From Lytechinus pictus (lineage: Eukaryota): DNA of 60,000 nucleotides. The stretch is taken from contig NC_087245.1 in NCBI RefSeq assembly GCF_037042905.1, forward strand, positions 8,186,001 through 8,246,000. Reading direction: 5' to 3'. The notes below the pieces were generated by a model. The model was not told where the DNA came from, did no database searches, and saw only the letters and a program-made list of their open reading frames with translations. A program made the translations under genes and the position numbers. Shown here in pieces: positions 9,807 to 22,607 of the stretch (within the stretch, counting starts at the first letter, position 1; every line of letters starts with the position of its first letter).

Positions 9807-11685
9807 ATGGCACGTGGACAACAAAAGATTCAATCTCAGCAGAAAAGAGCGAAGGAGATAGAGAAGAAAAAGAAAGCTGCTACTGGAATGACCTCTAAAG
9901 CAGCTGGAATGAAGGCCCTCACATTTAAGTGCGCAGTTTGCATGGTTAGTATACAAAGGCACGTTAAACAAATCCATAGAGAGGGAATGGGGTAAGCTTT
10001 ATGTTGCAAGTCCTCAAGCCACTCCCCACCTTTTTTTTTACCATTTTTGTCTCGCCTGCATAGCAGAGCAAGACTAGTGTATAGGCGCCGCTTTTCCGAC
10101 GGCGGCAGCGGCGTCAACATTGATATCTTTACCAAATGTTAAAGTTTTTTAAATGACATAACTTAAAAAGTGTATGGACCTAATTCATGAAACCTGGATA
10201 TAAGGGTAATCAAGTATTACTGAACATCCTGCCTGAGTTTCAGGTCACAGGACCAAGGTCAAAGGTCATTTAGGGTCAATGAACTTAGACCAGGAACATG
10301 TTGGAGGAATCAATATGGAAATCTTAACCTAAGGTTAAGTTTTTGAAATGTCGTCATAACTTAGAAAGTATATGGACCTAGCTCATGAAACTTGGACATA
10401 AGATTAATTAAGTATCTCTAAACATCCTGCCTGAGTTTCAGGTCACAGGTCAAAGGTCATTTAGGGTCAATGAACTTTATAGACCATGTTGGAGGAATCA
10501 ATATGGAAATCTTAACCTAAGGTTAAGTTTTTGAAATGTCATCATAACTTAGAAAGTATATGGACCTAGCTCATGAGACTTGGACATAAGATTAATTAAG
10601 TATCTCTGAACATCCTGTGCGGGTTTCAGGTCACATACAACAAAGGCCAATGGTCATTTAAGGTCAATGAATTTTGCCGAGTTGGGGGTAATTGTCTAAT
10701 TGCCATCATTACTTTGAAAGTTTATAGATGTAGTTAATGAAATGTGGACATAGGGTAATCAAGTATCACTGCTCATCTTGCACAAGTCCTAGGTCACTTG
10801 ATCAAGGTCAAATGTCATTTAGGGTCAATGAACTTAGTATTGTTATGAATGGTGTTTTTTTTTTTTTGAATAATTCTATAGTCATTTTCAAAGTAAGCAC
10901 TGGTGCTGTATTGAATCGCGTAATGCAGGCAAGACTGCCAGAGGCGATCCACTTGTTTTAATATTGATTTGCCAATGACCAAATCATACACTGACATGGG
11001 TAACGGTTCATTCATGTACATACTTATGTGTTCATAAACTACAGAACCTATGCCACCCAGTGTCACCTACAACAGGGCTCTCACTTGTGCAGATTACACC
11101 ACCGTTATTTATTCTAAAGAAATAGCCAGACTGTTTCTTGGTACCAAATCCAATGTCTAAAATAACATAATCATTCTTTTGTTTTCTGAAAGAAATAAGG
11201 AAACCCGACTACAATAAGACAATTGATGCAATGGTTACAAGATTTACTGTGGGCTGATTTATGTTACATTCTAGACAATCTAGAGACCTTATTTTTGCTG
11301 TCTTGACTCAAGAAGTCATGATGATCACCAAAATCATTTGCTCAAAAGTTCTTCCACATTGTAAATTTTATGGTGAAAAGACATCCTGCAAGAATTGCTC
11401 CAGGCTTCTTTTTTGTCATTTTCATGATTTATTTTTCACTCTACAGTACTGTTATTTGTCAAATTATTCTTTGTTGTAAACCTACATAGTATGGACATAA
11501 TAGTTGTTGTTGGTGGTTATTTCCATTCATCATTCTTAGTAATGTTATTTTTACTATTGTTTTTTCTGTGTCTCATAATTTGATGTCTTCTACAGACCCA
11601 GATGCCTGATCCTAAGACTTACAAACAACATTTTGAGAATAAGCACCCAAAGGCTCCACTTCCAGCTGAACTCAAAGAAGCATAG
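9807..11685 (+). CDS. ZNF706: Zinc finger protein 706 (4F5/SERF-like N-terminus + C2H2), join(9807..9944,11596..11685), 75 aa
   Basis: MARGQQKIQSQQKRAKEIEKKKK...ALTFKCAVCM|TQMPDPKTYKQHFENKHPKAPLPAELKEA*. Phase-0 intron with GTTAGT donor and tctacAG acceptor. Confidence 0.96.
10049..10957 (+). mobile_element. Helentron/HINE-like non-autonomous element with internal tandem repeats
   Basis: Inserted in a T-run. 5' subterminal IR GTCTCGCCTGCAT and 3' ATGCAGGCAAGAC followed by a short GC palindrome and CACTTGTT. About 4 internal units of ~160-190 bp (GGACCTAGCTCATGAAACTTGG...GGTCAAAGGTCATTTAGGGTCAATGAACT). Confidence 0.8.
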
Positions 11686-13239
11686 GAAACCAATCTTTCC
11701 TCACCTAAGGTGAGTTTGGTCATTATAAATATAATATATTTCCTGAGAGCCAATTTATATACTTTTTCAGAATTACTTAACATTGATGCAAACATTTAAC
11801 TTGTAAGAGTACCCAAAGTTCCATTTGCAGCAGATAGGGGATCAGTTAAATAGTTCACATACATGTAAACATAATTATGATGGCAGGATAGTTCATCTGG
11901 ATTTCTATGTTTGAAATACTTATAGCAGATTATTTTTAAAAAATTGTGAGGTTATGCTCTTGATTTGTAGCATTTCAGCTCTGGAACCAGAATTTCTTTG
12001 TATTAAGCATTAGGTGTATAAAGTGACATCTAAGTTGTGGAAAAAAATATCATTGAGTTTTCAAATTCCTTCTTGATATTCAGAATACATTGAAAAACTC
12101 ACCACAAAGACTGATCTTCATGTTTCCTCATATTTTTTTTTTTTTGTGAAACTGCATGATGATATAGCCAAGTTATTATCATTTTGGCCATTTCATTAAG
12201 TCACAGCAAACACCACAATTGCGAAAGTCCGTATTTAGCTTTGGTAATTCCCCCAATGCATCTATCACTATTCCAAATCATTACTAGATCATAATTATGA
12301 ACGCGCTTATGATGTGAAGGATACATGTAAAATGAAAGTTTTACAGGATAAATTTTGGAAGTCGTACATGAAAATTTATTTTGATTGAATGCCCTGTTCA
12401 AAAGAAAATACGTACAATATACCTACCTGATTTTTTTTTCTTGTTTCTTTTCAACCCCATTTCAAAGATAACAATCTCGACTTTAAAAAACATGTTGACA
12501 GCATATCTTTAATTGTAAAACAAAAACTAGGAACTATTCGCCACTGTAAACAGTATTTTGATAAAGCACAATTGAATAAGCTGTATTGGGCTTTTGTAAT
12601 GCCCCATACAGGGTTGGCGCGTTTTAAACGGTGTGTTTTAAAACATGTTTTAAAACGCGTTTTAAAACACCCGTTTTTTTTACAAAAAAAACGTGTTTTA
12701 AAACACCTCATAGACTCGTGTGTTATAAATATGCAGGGATGTGATTTTACATGAATTTATTTTTTATACTTTTATTTCTTAATTAGTTTATTATTTTCTT
12801 CTAACTAAATCTCTTTCTCAACACCACTCTTTTTCTCCTCTCTCTTTCCCCCCTTATTCTCCCTTTCTCCATTGCTTTGTCATGTTCCTTTCCTCCTGTT
12901 CAATTGTGCACATCAATCCATATTTAAGAATATTCTCATTTTAACAAACATCTGAGTGTTGTGCTCACTTTTAGACAGGGAAAGAAACACTATTTAAAAT
13001 GAGCTCAAATATGTAATAGTAGTACTTGAATGAAATGGAAGTGTTGCACAAACATAATAATATTTTGCAAATAGACTGTACATGTATATCTGACATTGTA
13101 ACCTTGAGGTACACACGAAATTAGGTGAAACTTTGCGCTTCGTAAAGATGAAGAAAAGTAATTTAATTCAGTATAAGATAATCAGCTAGCAAACCTTTTT
13201 TTCCTCCCTGAACATGTGTGGAACTACCATTGTTTTAAC

Positions 13240-13518
13240 ATTTTTTGGTTCAGTCAAGTTGGTCATTATTATCAAATCTGTAAAAATTGAAATATTGTAT
13301 TGTTCAAACAATTAAAAAAAAATAGTGAGGGGCATTATCAACTCTCTCATTTGCACATCACTGAGTTGTAATAAATGTTTTGTGAAAAATAAGCGAAATT
13401 TTAAAATGTTATAACTTTCTTATTTTACATCCGATTTTGATGTAATTTTCAGCATTATGCTTGTTTGAATTTTTTCTACTGATTCAAATCAAACATTTTT
13501 CTGGGGTGGACTTGACCT
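13240..13518. mobile_element. Half copy of the Kolobok-like MITE family seen at 3614-4214
   Basis: Ends GGGGTGGACTTGACCT|TTAA with the same subterminal block ATAACTTTCTTATTTTACATCCGATTTTGATG. Left boundary approximate. Confidence 0.75.
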
Positions 13519-14019
13519 TTAACCCTCCTAACACTCCCAGGGGACCGTAATGGCCCCCTTAAAAATTTCTATGATAAATCCATAAGCACAACAGGGCCAC
13601 GCCATATTGTTCAAGACTATTTTTTGGATACATGCATGGATATGTGGTTATGATATTACCATGGAGCTATCAACACATTAATAGCTCAATGATATTACAA
13701 GTGCATGACAGACCAGAATTGCTCAATATCGTGATTTCATGTATAAAGCCAATGCTAATTTTTCGCCAACATTTTTATCTGTATCAATATTTGTACTTTT
13801 TGTTAATGATTGGAAAATTATTGCCAATAATTTCCATTAAAAAACTGATAAAAAAAACACAAAAGTAACCACAAAACTGTAGATAAGAAATATGTAAAAA
13901 AAAACAGTTAAAACAAACATTAAAAAAACAATTTGATCAGAATTCCTCAATTAAAGAAATAAGCAGTTCAAGGGCCTAATATTTATAGATTTAAACCCAA
14001 TTTTGTATTTCATGCACTT

Positions 14020-14250
14020 ATGGGTACCCGGTAGAATGTAAAAGTCATTGTAGCTTGTCCAGTACTGTGTGCGCCTCACTGGCGACTGACTTGAATACTA
14101 CCCAGGGAGTGGAGGATGTGCATACATTGTGTGCGGGAATGACTGATTGAATCCGATGATTGTGGTAATAATAAATCTTTAAAGCGCTTAGACATGTTGT
14201 TCCAATGTATTAAGCGCGATATAAAAGCGGACTTTTATCATTATTATTAC
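14020..14250 (+). mobile_element. 3' part of a SINE with an L2-type tail
   Basis: ATGGGTACC...CCCAGGGAGTGGAG...TAAAGCGCTTAGA...TAAGCGCGATATAAA...(TTA)n tail. Confidence 0.6.
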
Positions 14251-15608
14251 TTAAAATTTGTATAATTGATTCAAATGAAATAAAGCATATTGAGTAAATG
14301 AAATTAAGCATTGAAAGCCTATAGTCTATAGATTATGTCATTTTCTTACATTGTGCAAATTCTTCTCACCCCCTAGATTGACAAGACTAAAAAAACCCTG
14401 AGACTTCATCATATGTATGAGGAATAAACTTATGAAATGTCAACTTACTTTTTCGGCATTCAATTTCCTTGATTTTGTTATTTGGGGGAAAATATGAACT
14501 TTTCTGTTGGAAATTCAGTAAAAAAAATTGTAGTCATCTCTTACTAATACTTTAAAAATGTATTTAAAACATCAAGAACTTAAATCATACTGTATTAAAT
14601 GTACAATTTAATTGATTTACAGAAAATTACATCGTTCGTTGGGAAAAAAACGTTTTAAAACGATTTAAAACGTTTTAAAACAATAAAAAGCGTTTTATTT
14701 GTTTTTTTTAATAAAAAACGTTTTTTATTACAACCCTGCCCCCATATAATGTATTGCTGTACCGTCTGGACGGAAAGATCTGAAATTAATCACAGTAAGT
14801 TAGAGAGATTACATAAGAGGGCAGCATACATGGTATCTAACTTCTCTTGGGAAACTCCATCTGAACAAATTTTCAAAATATTATCCTGGCCCAAAATACC
14901 CAATGTCTTTTTTAGAGCATCTCGCTTAATGGTTCATAAATGTTTACACGAAGCTGCTCCCCAGGTGCTTTGTGATAAGTTTATTTATATAGAGAAAATA
15001 TCCTCGCGAACAACTAGAAGCACAAATAAGATGATAATCAGGGTGCCATATGCTCGTACAACCTTTTATCAGAAATCATTTTTTGTCACAGGCCCATTAC
15101 ATTGGAAGAAACTACCCGAACACCTCCGATTCATAGAAAACATTAAACAGTTCAAACGGGAAATGGCTAAATGTGAAAAAACCTTTAATATGTAATAGGG
15201 ACTAATGGTGGAATCTATTTTATTCTTTCTCCTCATTTTGTACATATTTTATCTCTTTTCATGTGTATATAATGTTTTCGTTTAGTTTTAGGTAACATCT
15301 GTACAGTATCATATTTTATTTGTTCTGTTATTTTCCATAGTTAATTATGCTTATTTCATTTCATTTTTTTTTTCAATATTAGTATTTATGCTCTATTCTT
15401 TGTTTATATTTGAATACGTTACCATGTTTTATATTTGTGTTTGTTCACGAAGGGCCTCAACGAAAACCAGCTTGTTGCTGATTGAGCTACCCTTCTTTTA
15501 AACATTTGAAATAAATAAATAAATAAATAAATAAAAAAGCATGGAATGGGCTGAAAATTCATTATCTTTGTCTGTACCTTTATAGGCCTATCTTAACTTC
15601 TTTTCCAG

Positions 15609-16270
15609 ATCCCTGTCAGACAGTATCTTTCACAATTGACATAAGTGATGACTAGAGCTAAATTTCAACTTTAAGTAGTTAATAATTTCATAGTACAAAA
15701 TTTAGTACAAAACGCTAACGGGAGGCTTAGAACCATACATATAGAACTCAATCAATTTGCTGTACGATACTTAATTTCCTTAGCAGCTTTAGCAATTTCA
15801 ATCTCCTTTTGTTTGACAGGAAGTTACTAATTTGTGTACTGGGTATAGATAAAGATCACTTCCTGTTTATTGATTCATATTCTTATTTCTATTTACAATT
15901 TCATTTGATCATTCACCCACAAAAAACAATTGTGCATTACATGATCACAGGAAAAATATATTATTAGCAGGTTTATTTCATTTGATATGATTGGCAATTT
16001 GTGAAGTCCAGTGAATGGAATGGTTTAAAGATGGAATTTCATTCCACTTTAATCATAGGACTATGGAAATTGAAATACATGTATATACATGTATGTGCAT
16101 TGTCCATCTTTTTAATCAACATTTGTGTGCATGTATACATGTGATATAATTCATGTTTCTTTAAAAAATAGTTCTAGATCAATTTAATTTTCTGCTCACT
16201 TATCATAAATTGTAATATCAGAAAGATTTGTCTTTGTGAAACACATTTAAGTGTAATATATAAATAAATA
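15609..16270 (+). other. ZNF706: Probable non-coding terminal (3' UTR) exon of ZNF706; true end uncertain
   Basis: Donor AAG|GTGAGT at 11709/11710 after the stop, and a strong acceptor cttcttttccAG at 15607-15608. AATAAA near 16263, with further AATAAA near 19224 and 20775. Confidence 0.5.
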
Positions 16271-17203
16271 TAAATTTATTTAATCAATGGATCTCTTCAA
16301 CACTTTGCAGTAATTTTGTATGTAGTGCCTAATGTTCAATCATAGAATTTTGTTTGAAATTGTGATAAAATTCTTTCCAAAAATTTCACCCCCCCCCCTC
16401 CTTTCCAGGAAATGAACTGATCTACACAGCAGATGGAATCTCGGATTCTGTGATTATTTGATGCATGCTAACATTGTAGAAGAAAAAGAAGATGTGCTCT
16501 TCTGTGACACTAGAAAGTGACAAATACAGAGGAGTGAGAGGGAGAGAGAATTGGAGAGAGGGTACCAGAATTATGCCTGATTGAAAAGGAGCCTTTTATT
16601 CTTCAAGCCATGTTCGCTTACAGGAAGATTAGGGGAAAACAGAGGAGAGAGAGGTTATGAGACAATGCGCTTCCAGGTTTATAACCCCACATGGAGATAA
16701 ATACATGGGACCAACCTTTGTACATAGACCAGGAATTGGACTTCAATGTCAAGACTGCAAGAGTGCTTTGCCGATATACAACCAGGGCAGAAATTAATGA
16801 AATTGGTAATTTACGCAATTATACTACAAAATTCCTTTTGTCGAAGTATTACAGCAGTAATCTCAGGAAATTTTTATCTTAGAGCATTTCATATTGCAAA
16901 AGTTATACATGGGACTCCTTGTTTCATGTGGATCCAGAATCATTCAGCACTTATCACAGATGGACTTTTTCAAATACCGAGGCTAAACCATACTTTTGTA
17001 ACACAAATCATTTGTAAAAAAATTGAAGCACTTAAAATCACAAAGGAGTTTCTATTGACTATTTCACAAATCCATGTATGTGCACACATACAAGACTAAA
17101 TCAGGTCCCTTTAATTCTGTCTGTAAACATTTAAACTGGTACATAGAAAAATCTTACCATGTTGTATATGTTTTAATGTCTGTTTTTACATAATTTCAGC
17201 TAG

Positions 17204-17546
17204 TAATACCCCTTTCCCATCAAGATCAAGAGTTTGGCCAGTCAAAACATCAGTTTGGCCTGCAAAAATCTTTGCTAAAATATTCATGATGCTTGTAAGT
17301 CTTTCACACTACAAAGGTTTGGGTCAGCCAAAAGCATCTAATCAAAAGCATCTAGTCAGGTTAAAAGACCTTTTGCATCCATGCATACAAAAATGCACAT
17401 GTGATTTTACATTGCTCTGGCCAAAACCATCTGTACCCTATAATTGGACTGGCCATGGCCAATACTGACACATTGCTTAAGCGTCAAAATGTGTTCACAA
17501 TGAGGTTTTGCCAGCCAAAAGGATCTTGATGAGGAATAGGTTATTA
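17204..17546. mobile_element. Degenerate MITE (Harbinger-like)
   Basis: Imperfect TIR TAATACCCCTTTCCCATCAAGATC / GATCTTGATGAGGAATAGGTTATTA. Confidence 0.55.
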
Positions 17547-18827
17547 GAGGTGGTAAGGACCCAGGCATTATCCACATTATTATTCCAACTCACTTGGGAT
17601 TAAAAAAACAAATGGTAATATACATTATATTTTAGTTAACCCTAACCACCCTTTTTGCTGTTCATTGTATCCATAGGCGGATCCAGAAAGGGGTCCAAAG
17701 CAGTTGCGACCCTGCGTATTGGCGGCGCAAAAAAAAGAGGGAAAGCGAAAAAAAGAATTGAGAAGGAAGGAGGAGAAGAAGAAATGGAGGACATGAGAAA
17801 GAAAAAAAAAAGAAGACAAAAGGAGAAAGTAAAGTAAGGAAAAGCAGAGGGAAAACTTCTAAAAGAAAAATAATTTTGAGAAATTCAGCTCGCGCTTCAT
17901 AATCATATTGCCTGTTTAAAGAGATGAGGATAAAATTATGCTTGAAATTTCCCGTTTTCAACTCAATGTACAAAACATATTTCAGGTAGTGTTTCATGCT
18001 TAATTTATTTTGTGGAGTGAGATATGCATTGTGTCATGACAAAAGTTAAAATATCAGGACAGCTAATTAAAAATTTCAGATCGTGCTTGATGCTTGCATT
18101 ATTTATTCTGGCGTAATGTGAATTTCTGACTACCCCCCTCCCCCTGGGAAAAATTGCCTTCACCTCTATGAGCAGCCGATCAGGGGAGAAGTGTAGATGA
18201 ACACCCCCCCCCCCCCCAACAATGAACAATGCTGGAAGACCTGAATCCTTCCTTGGTATCTGAGTTAGGTATTAACCTTATAAGGTAGCTGAAGAATAGA
18301 TCAGAAAATCATATGACAATCATTGCCTAATGGTGATTATGATATAATTCTGTGCAGCCCTATACCCAAGTGCCAAGTAGTTTAAGAATTGCTATGAGGT
18401 TATGTTTTTCTCTTCGTATGTAAATGTAAATTGAGAGACTACAATGTGTTCAAAGTAAAGCTGGATATATATGCATTTTGCTGTATCATTGAAATCAAGC
18501 CAAAGGGGCAAATATTTCTGGAAGTCTTGTTAACTGAAATTTGAATTATTTTGTTGCTTTGTTAGGGTGATGAGCAATTTTTTTCTTTTCCAACTACCTG
18601 TACTAACAGATTCATGTATTTTCACATTTGAATTTTCATGTTCCTGACTAAATTGCAAGAATTTGTGCTTTAATCTCTTCTGTGGTTGGTTTGTAATATG
18701 TACCAGCTATTGTGTTTCAATTTCCACAAAACGGTTTCTACCGTTTCTCAATGTTAACTGTATACATTGTAAACTGTAGGTTACTGTATTTCCATTTCTC
18801 ATGAAGTAATGAGTACTTTTAGAATGT

Positions 18828-19198
18828 AGTTATTATATTATATTGGATGGCTCAGAATGGAATACCAGAAATATTCCAAGAGTTCGGGAAAATATTCCAC
18901 GAATTGCAGATGAGTGGGATATTGGCCCTAACGAGTGGAATATGTCTGGTATTTCATGAAATAAAGCCATCCAATATAATTATTATCATCTATCCCACCC
19001 CCCCCCCAAAAAAAAGAGGGAGCACGCATGTTGAATATGCTCTCATATATCAATAGCAAATTTTGTACAGGAGCCTATGGGATATTCATCGGATTTCGGT
19101 CCTTTTTAGGGATACGCTCTGATACTGCACGGGCAATTGATTCAGACCAAAATACGTGTTTTTAATGCATGGTTAGAACACTCTATAAAGATAATAAT
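18828..19198. mobile_element. Repeat with a long subterminal hairpin (possibly Crypton-like non-autonomous element)
   Basis: TTATATTGGATGGCT (18838-18852) is inverted at 18965-18979, with inner arms AATACCAGAAATATTCCA / TGGAATATGTCTGGTATT. Confidence 0.45.
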
Positions 19199-21784
19199 TT
19201 CTAACCTTCTGTTCATATTGTACAATAAAAAAAAAAAAAATACATACTTATATTCTATCCATGCTTTCAGGTTTATGCAATCATACTGCACCTGGTAAGT
19301 GACAAGAAGTCAATGAATATGGCATTTCTTTTGTTTTTCTCTAGCTTTTTAATCTTTTGCTTAACATTTCCTTATACAGATCATATACATTGTATTCCTA
19401 ATGTAGTTTACAAAATTTTATCTTATTTCATCTTGTGCAATTTGAATCAATTATACTTGCATTTACGTGAATGACATGTATGTAATTTCAACAAATTACA
19501 TTTTGTGAGTTTGAGGGACGTAGTCAACCCATTTGCTCAAAATATTTATTTTGGCAAATCACATGTAATTCAATTGTATTTTCTATTCACAAGATCATGA
19601 AAGAATTTCATTTTATTTTTCATTTCAATGATTGATCAAATGGATTTGATGAGTATGATTTAAATCATATTCAATCATTACTTGGTTGACATTACCTTTC
19701 ATCAGCTGTTCCCTGTTTCAAGTACATCATCACAGATTTAAACATGGCAAATGTATATATTGGACTAAGGAAAAATTGAACAGCAGTTAAACCTCAAAAT
19801 GTTCATTCTAGCCCTTAATTGTAAGTTGAAAAAGAACGATAATGGATTTTCAGTACAAAGTGTTGTATAGATGAACAGAAATATGTGAACTGACTCCCAT
19901 TCAGAGCTGCGTCTTTTCCCACAGGAATTCCACAAGTGTCTTCTCCTAAAGTTACCTTATAACACTGTCGTAAATTTATTTACCGGTACTGTTTTTGTTG
20001 TATAATTCAAAACCTTTCAAACTTTTTGCAAGAAAAATAGAGAAATTTGGGATACTTTCTCATTTCAATTCTGAAGTAGTTCCAATAGATTCTGATAGAA
20101 CTGTATGTAAACATAGCTTTGCTCCTCACCATGGTGTAAACCAGTTCAGTTCCACATTTTACTCTTATTCATTTGTTTGTCACTTTATATGGTCCAAATT
20201 ACAATCGTCATTTCTTGTAATTCATGTTTTTAAAAATTGAAATGTAAGTAGCCTTATTTATACAACTTCTTACCCTGCTTTGATGGAAAAAAAACAAGTG
20301 ACAATGTGATATTTTTTTTCAATCACAAGTGAAAGTGCCCTCACTTCCGCAAAGATCAGTGGATCAGTATTACAATACATCCTTATTCCTAGCATGAATG
20401 TTTTGCATACTGTATATATCAAGGAAGAGAGCAACAAATTCACATGTTAAAACATATTTCAATGATATCATATGTCACTGTCACTTGAATCCTTATGTCA
20501 AAGTAAGGTAGTAAAAGTTGTAAAAAAAGGGGGGGGGGTATCCGGCAAAATGTATTTGTCACTGGCGTAAATCCTTGCGTCACACCTGTTGTTCAGGGGG
20601 GATGATCTATTGTTCCATCCCCCCCCCCCCCCGAAGAATAGGTGTGACTCACGGATTTACGCCAGTGGTATTTGTAATCATTCATGCATTTTGTTTTTAT
20701 TGTTTTCAAAATTGTGAATGGCTTTCCATGAAAGACTTGTTGTTCAGAAAGTTTTGAGTTTATTGTTCATGTGGAATAAAGGATGTACATTTTGACTTAT
20801 GAAAAATACACATTGTATGACAACTGACAAGAATTACAAGCAACTTTGGCCTGCCATCTTTTTGTTGTTGATGTATGACTCTGGATAGTAGGATGAGCTA
20901 TGCTATCTATCTGACTTATTCATTCATTTTTTATATTTAGCCTTCATTCAGATCCAATTCTACCCATGCTCTCCTTTTCTTTCTCTCTCTTTCTCCAATT
21001 GCCCCCCTCTAACCCTCCATCTGCCCCCCTCCCTCTCACCCCCCTTCTTCTCCCCCCCCCCCCTTCTTCTCCCCCTTTCTTTCCTGCAGTTGGATGTTAT
21101 TTGGTCACTCACCAAATATTGTTTGCGACCAATGGGCACCAACACAAAAAGGGCCCTTAATGGCATATGACACAAACTAAAATTGGTACCTTATATTTAT
21201 CATAAACATACCCAAAATGGTGTTAATGCAGTAATCACACAGGTCAAGAATATTTAGTGGCATAAAAACCCTAGTTAATGAAGACAGAATTTGTAAGTTA
21301 GACCCTGGATGTCATAAATGGCACTTAATTGAAGCATCCCCATTTTAAAAGAGGAAATTTGACCCTGTTTATGTGTTTCTTTCTTCTCTTTTTTTTTGTT
21401 TGGGGGTGTTTGGAAATGCATTCGTAGCACAATGTGTAGTAGTATGTGCCCTTCTGATTTTGTGTGTTCTGTTGATTTGATTGATAAAGAAATTGATTGT
21501 GGAGTTATTGTCTGATTGGAATGGTCTGATTTGTTATTAAAAAAAATGTTATCCAATGTGAATTGTGTGTGGTTGTTAATATGTGTGCCAGGGCTACCCC
21601 ATGTTTTTGTTCCATAAGGGGGGGGGGACAAGATGACCCATCTTTTTCTCAGTTGAAGTACAGCGTAACAGAAAATTAAATACCAATACCTTTTTTTATG
21701 ATATTCTTTCTTCTCTCTTTGTATTCCTCTCTGTTTTTTTTTTTCAATTCCTCTTTTTTCACTACTTGTAAAACCATAGTAGTA

Positions 21785-22607
21785 AGGGGTGGTATTCTGA
21801 GATCCATTTTATCTCAGATAAAATAAAATATTTTATCTCCGTTAAAATCAGTGAGATAAAATACCCTTAAAATCTCTCCGAATTGGTATTCTGAGAACAA
21901 TTTTATCTTCATTTTATCTCTGTAAGACACACCTATTTTTCAATCAATATCCAATCAGAAACGCGCTTTTATAGCTCTCTCATATCACTCAACCAATGGA
22001 AATCCATTCCGCTAGGAGGTGTGGCGAAGGAGTGAGATTGCGTCAATTTATTGACTTCAATACGCTTGCGCGTCTTTACAGAGATTTCTTTTTTTTAAAC
22101 AAAAATGGCAATAATCTCATCTTTTTTTCGAAGTCTATATCGCATCTATTAAAGCATCATTTCAAAGACGATATTAGTCAAGAAAAGTCTTATGAAATGA
22201 TTCCTGATTGTACAGGAATAACTTTATGGTGTTGTTCTCAATGAATATATCATTTTTCTTAATTTTCATGCCAACATTTGGAGTTAATTCACCTAGAAAT
22301 ATTGACGAAATCAACGTCGCGGAGATAAAATAGCACCTACCCTCTTTTAAGTTTATTTTATTTTTTCTTCAAAGTAACTTGGGCGCAAGCACATCATCCG
22401 CGTTGCAATGGCCAGATACGCAATGGGTATGTCTACGCAGCCACTGCTCTTTTGCATATCATCATAGATACGCAAGATAAAATTTATACGCAAGATAAAA
22501 TTTTAAATTTTATCTGAGAGATAAAATGTCATCTCAGAATACCAATTTCATTTTAAGAGATAAAATAAAATATTTTAAAGATAAAATGACCTCAGAATGC
22601 CGCCCCT
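21785..22607. mobile_element. Non-autonomous TIR element (Harbinger-like) with TTTTATCT/AGATAAAA subterminal arrays
   Basis: AGGGGTGGTATTCTGAG.../...CTCAGAATGCCGCCCCT, with many AGATAAAA motifs near both ends. Confidence 0.75.

Larger units (their letters stand above)
12609..14738. mobile_element. Non-autonomous hAT-like element
   Basis: TIR CAGGGTTG/CAACCCTG, near-perfect 8-bp TSD GCCCCATA/CCCCCATA, and arrays of palindromic GTTTTAAAAC at both subtermini. Confidence 0.85.
12200..15537 (+). mobile_element. 5'-truncated CR1/L2-clade LINE remnant (RT C-terminal region), interrupted by a hAT-like element
   Basis: KHVDSISLIVKQKLGTIRHCKQYFDKAQLNKLYWAFVMPH rejoins across the insertion to IMYCCTVW...KLERLHKRAA...LSW...MVHKCLHEAAP...KSFFVTGPLHWKKLP. 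Ends in a (TAAA)n tail at ~15510-15537. Left boundary approximate. Confidence 0.85.

Noticed and set aside
12615..12705. Repeated GTTTTAAAAC units resembling a CRISPR repeat start
   Set aside because: Units are ~10 bp with 1-15 bp gaps, mirrored at 14650-14725; they are subterminal motifs of a hAT-like element in eukaryotic DNA.
14749..15195. 148-aa ORF as a host gene
   Set aside because: It is the C-terminal part of a CR1/L2 LINE ORF2 cut by a transposon insertion.
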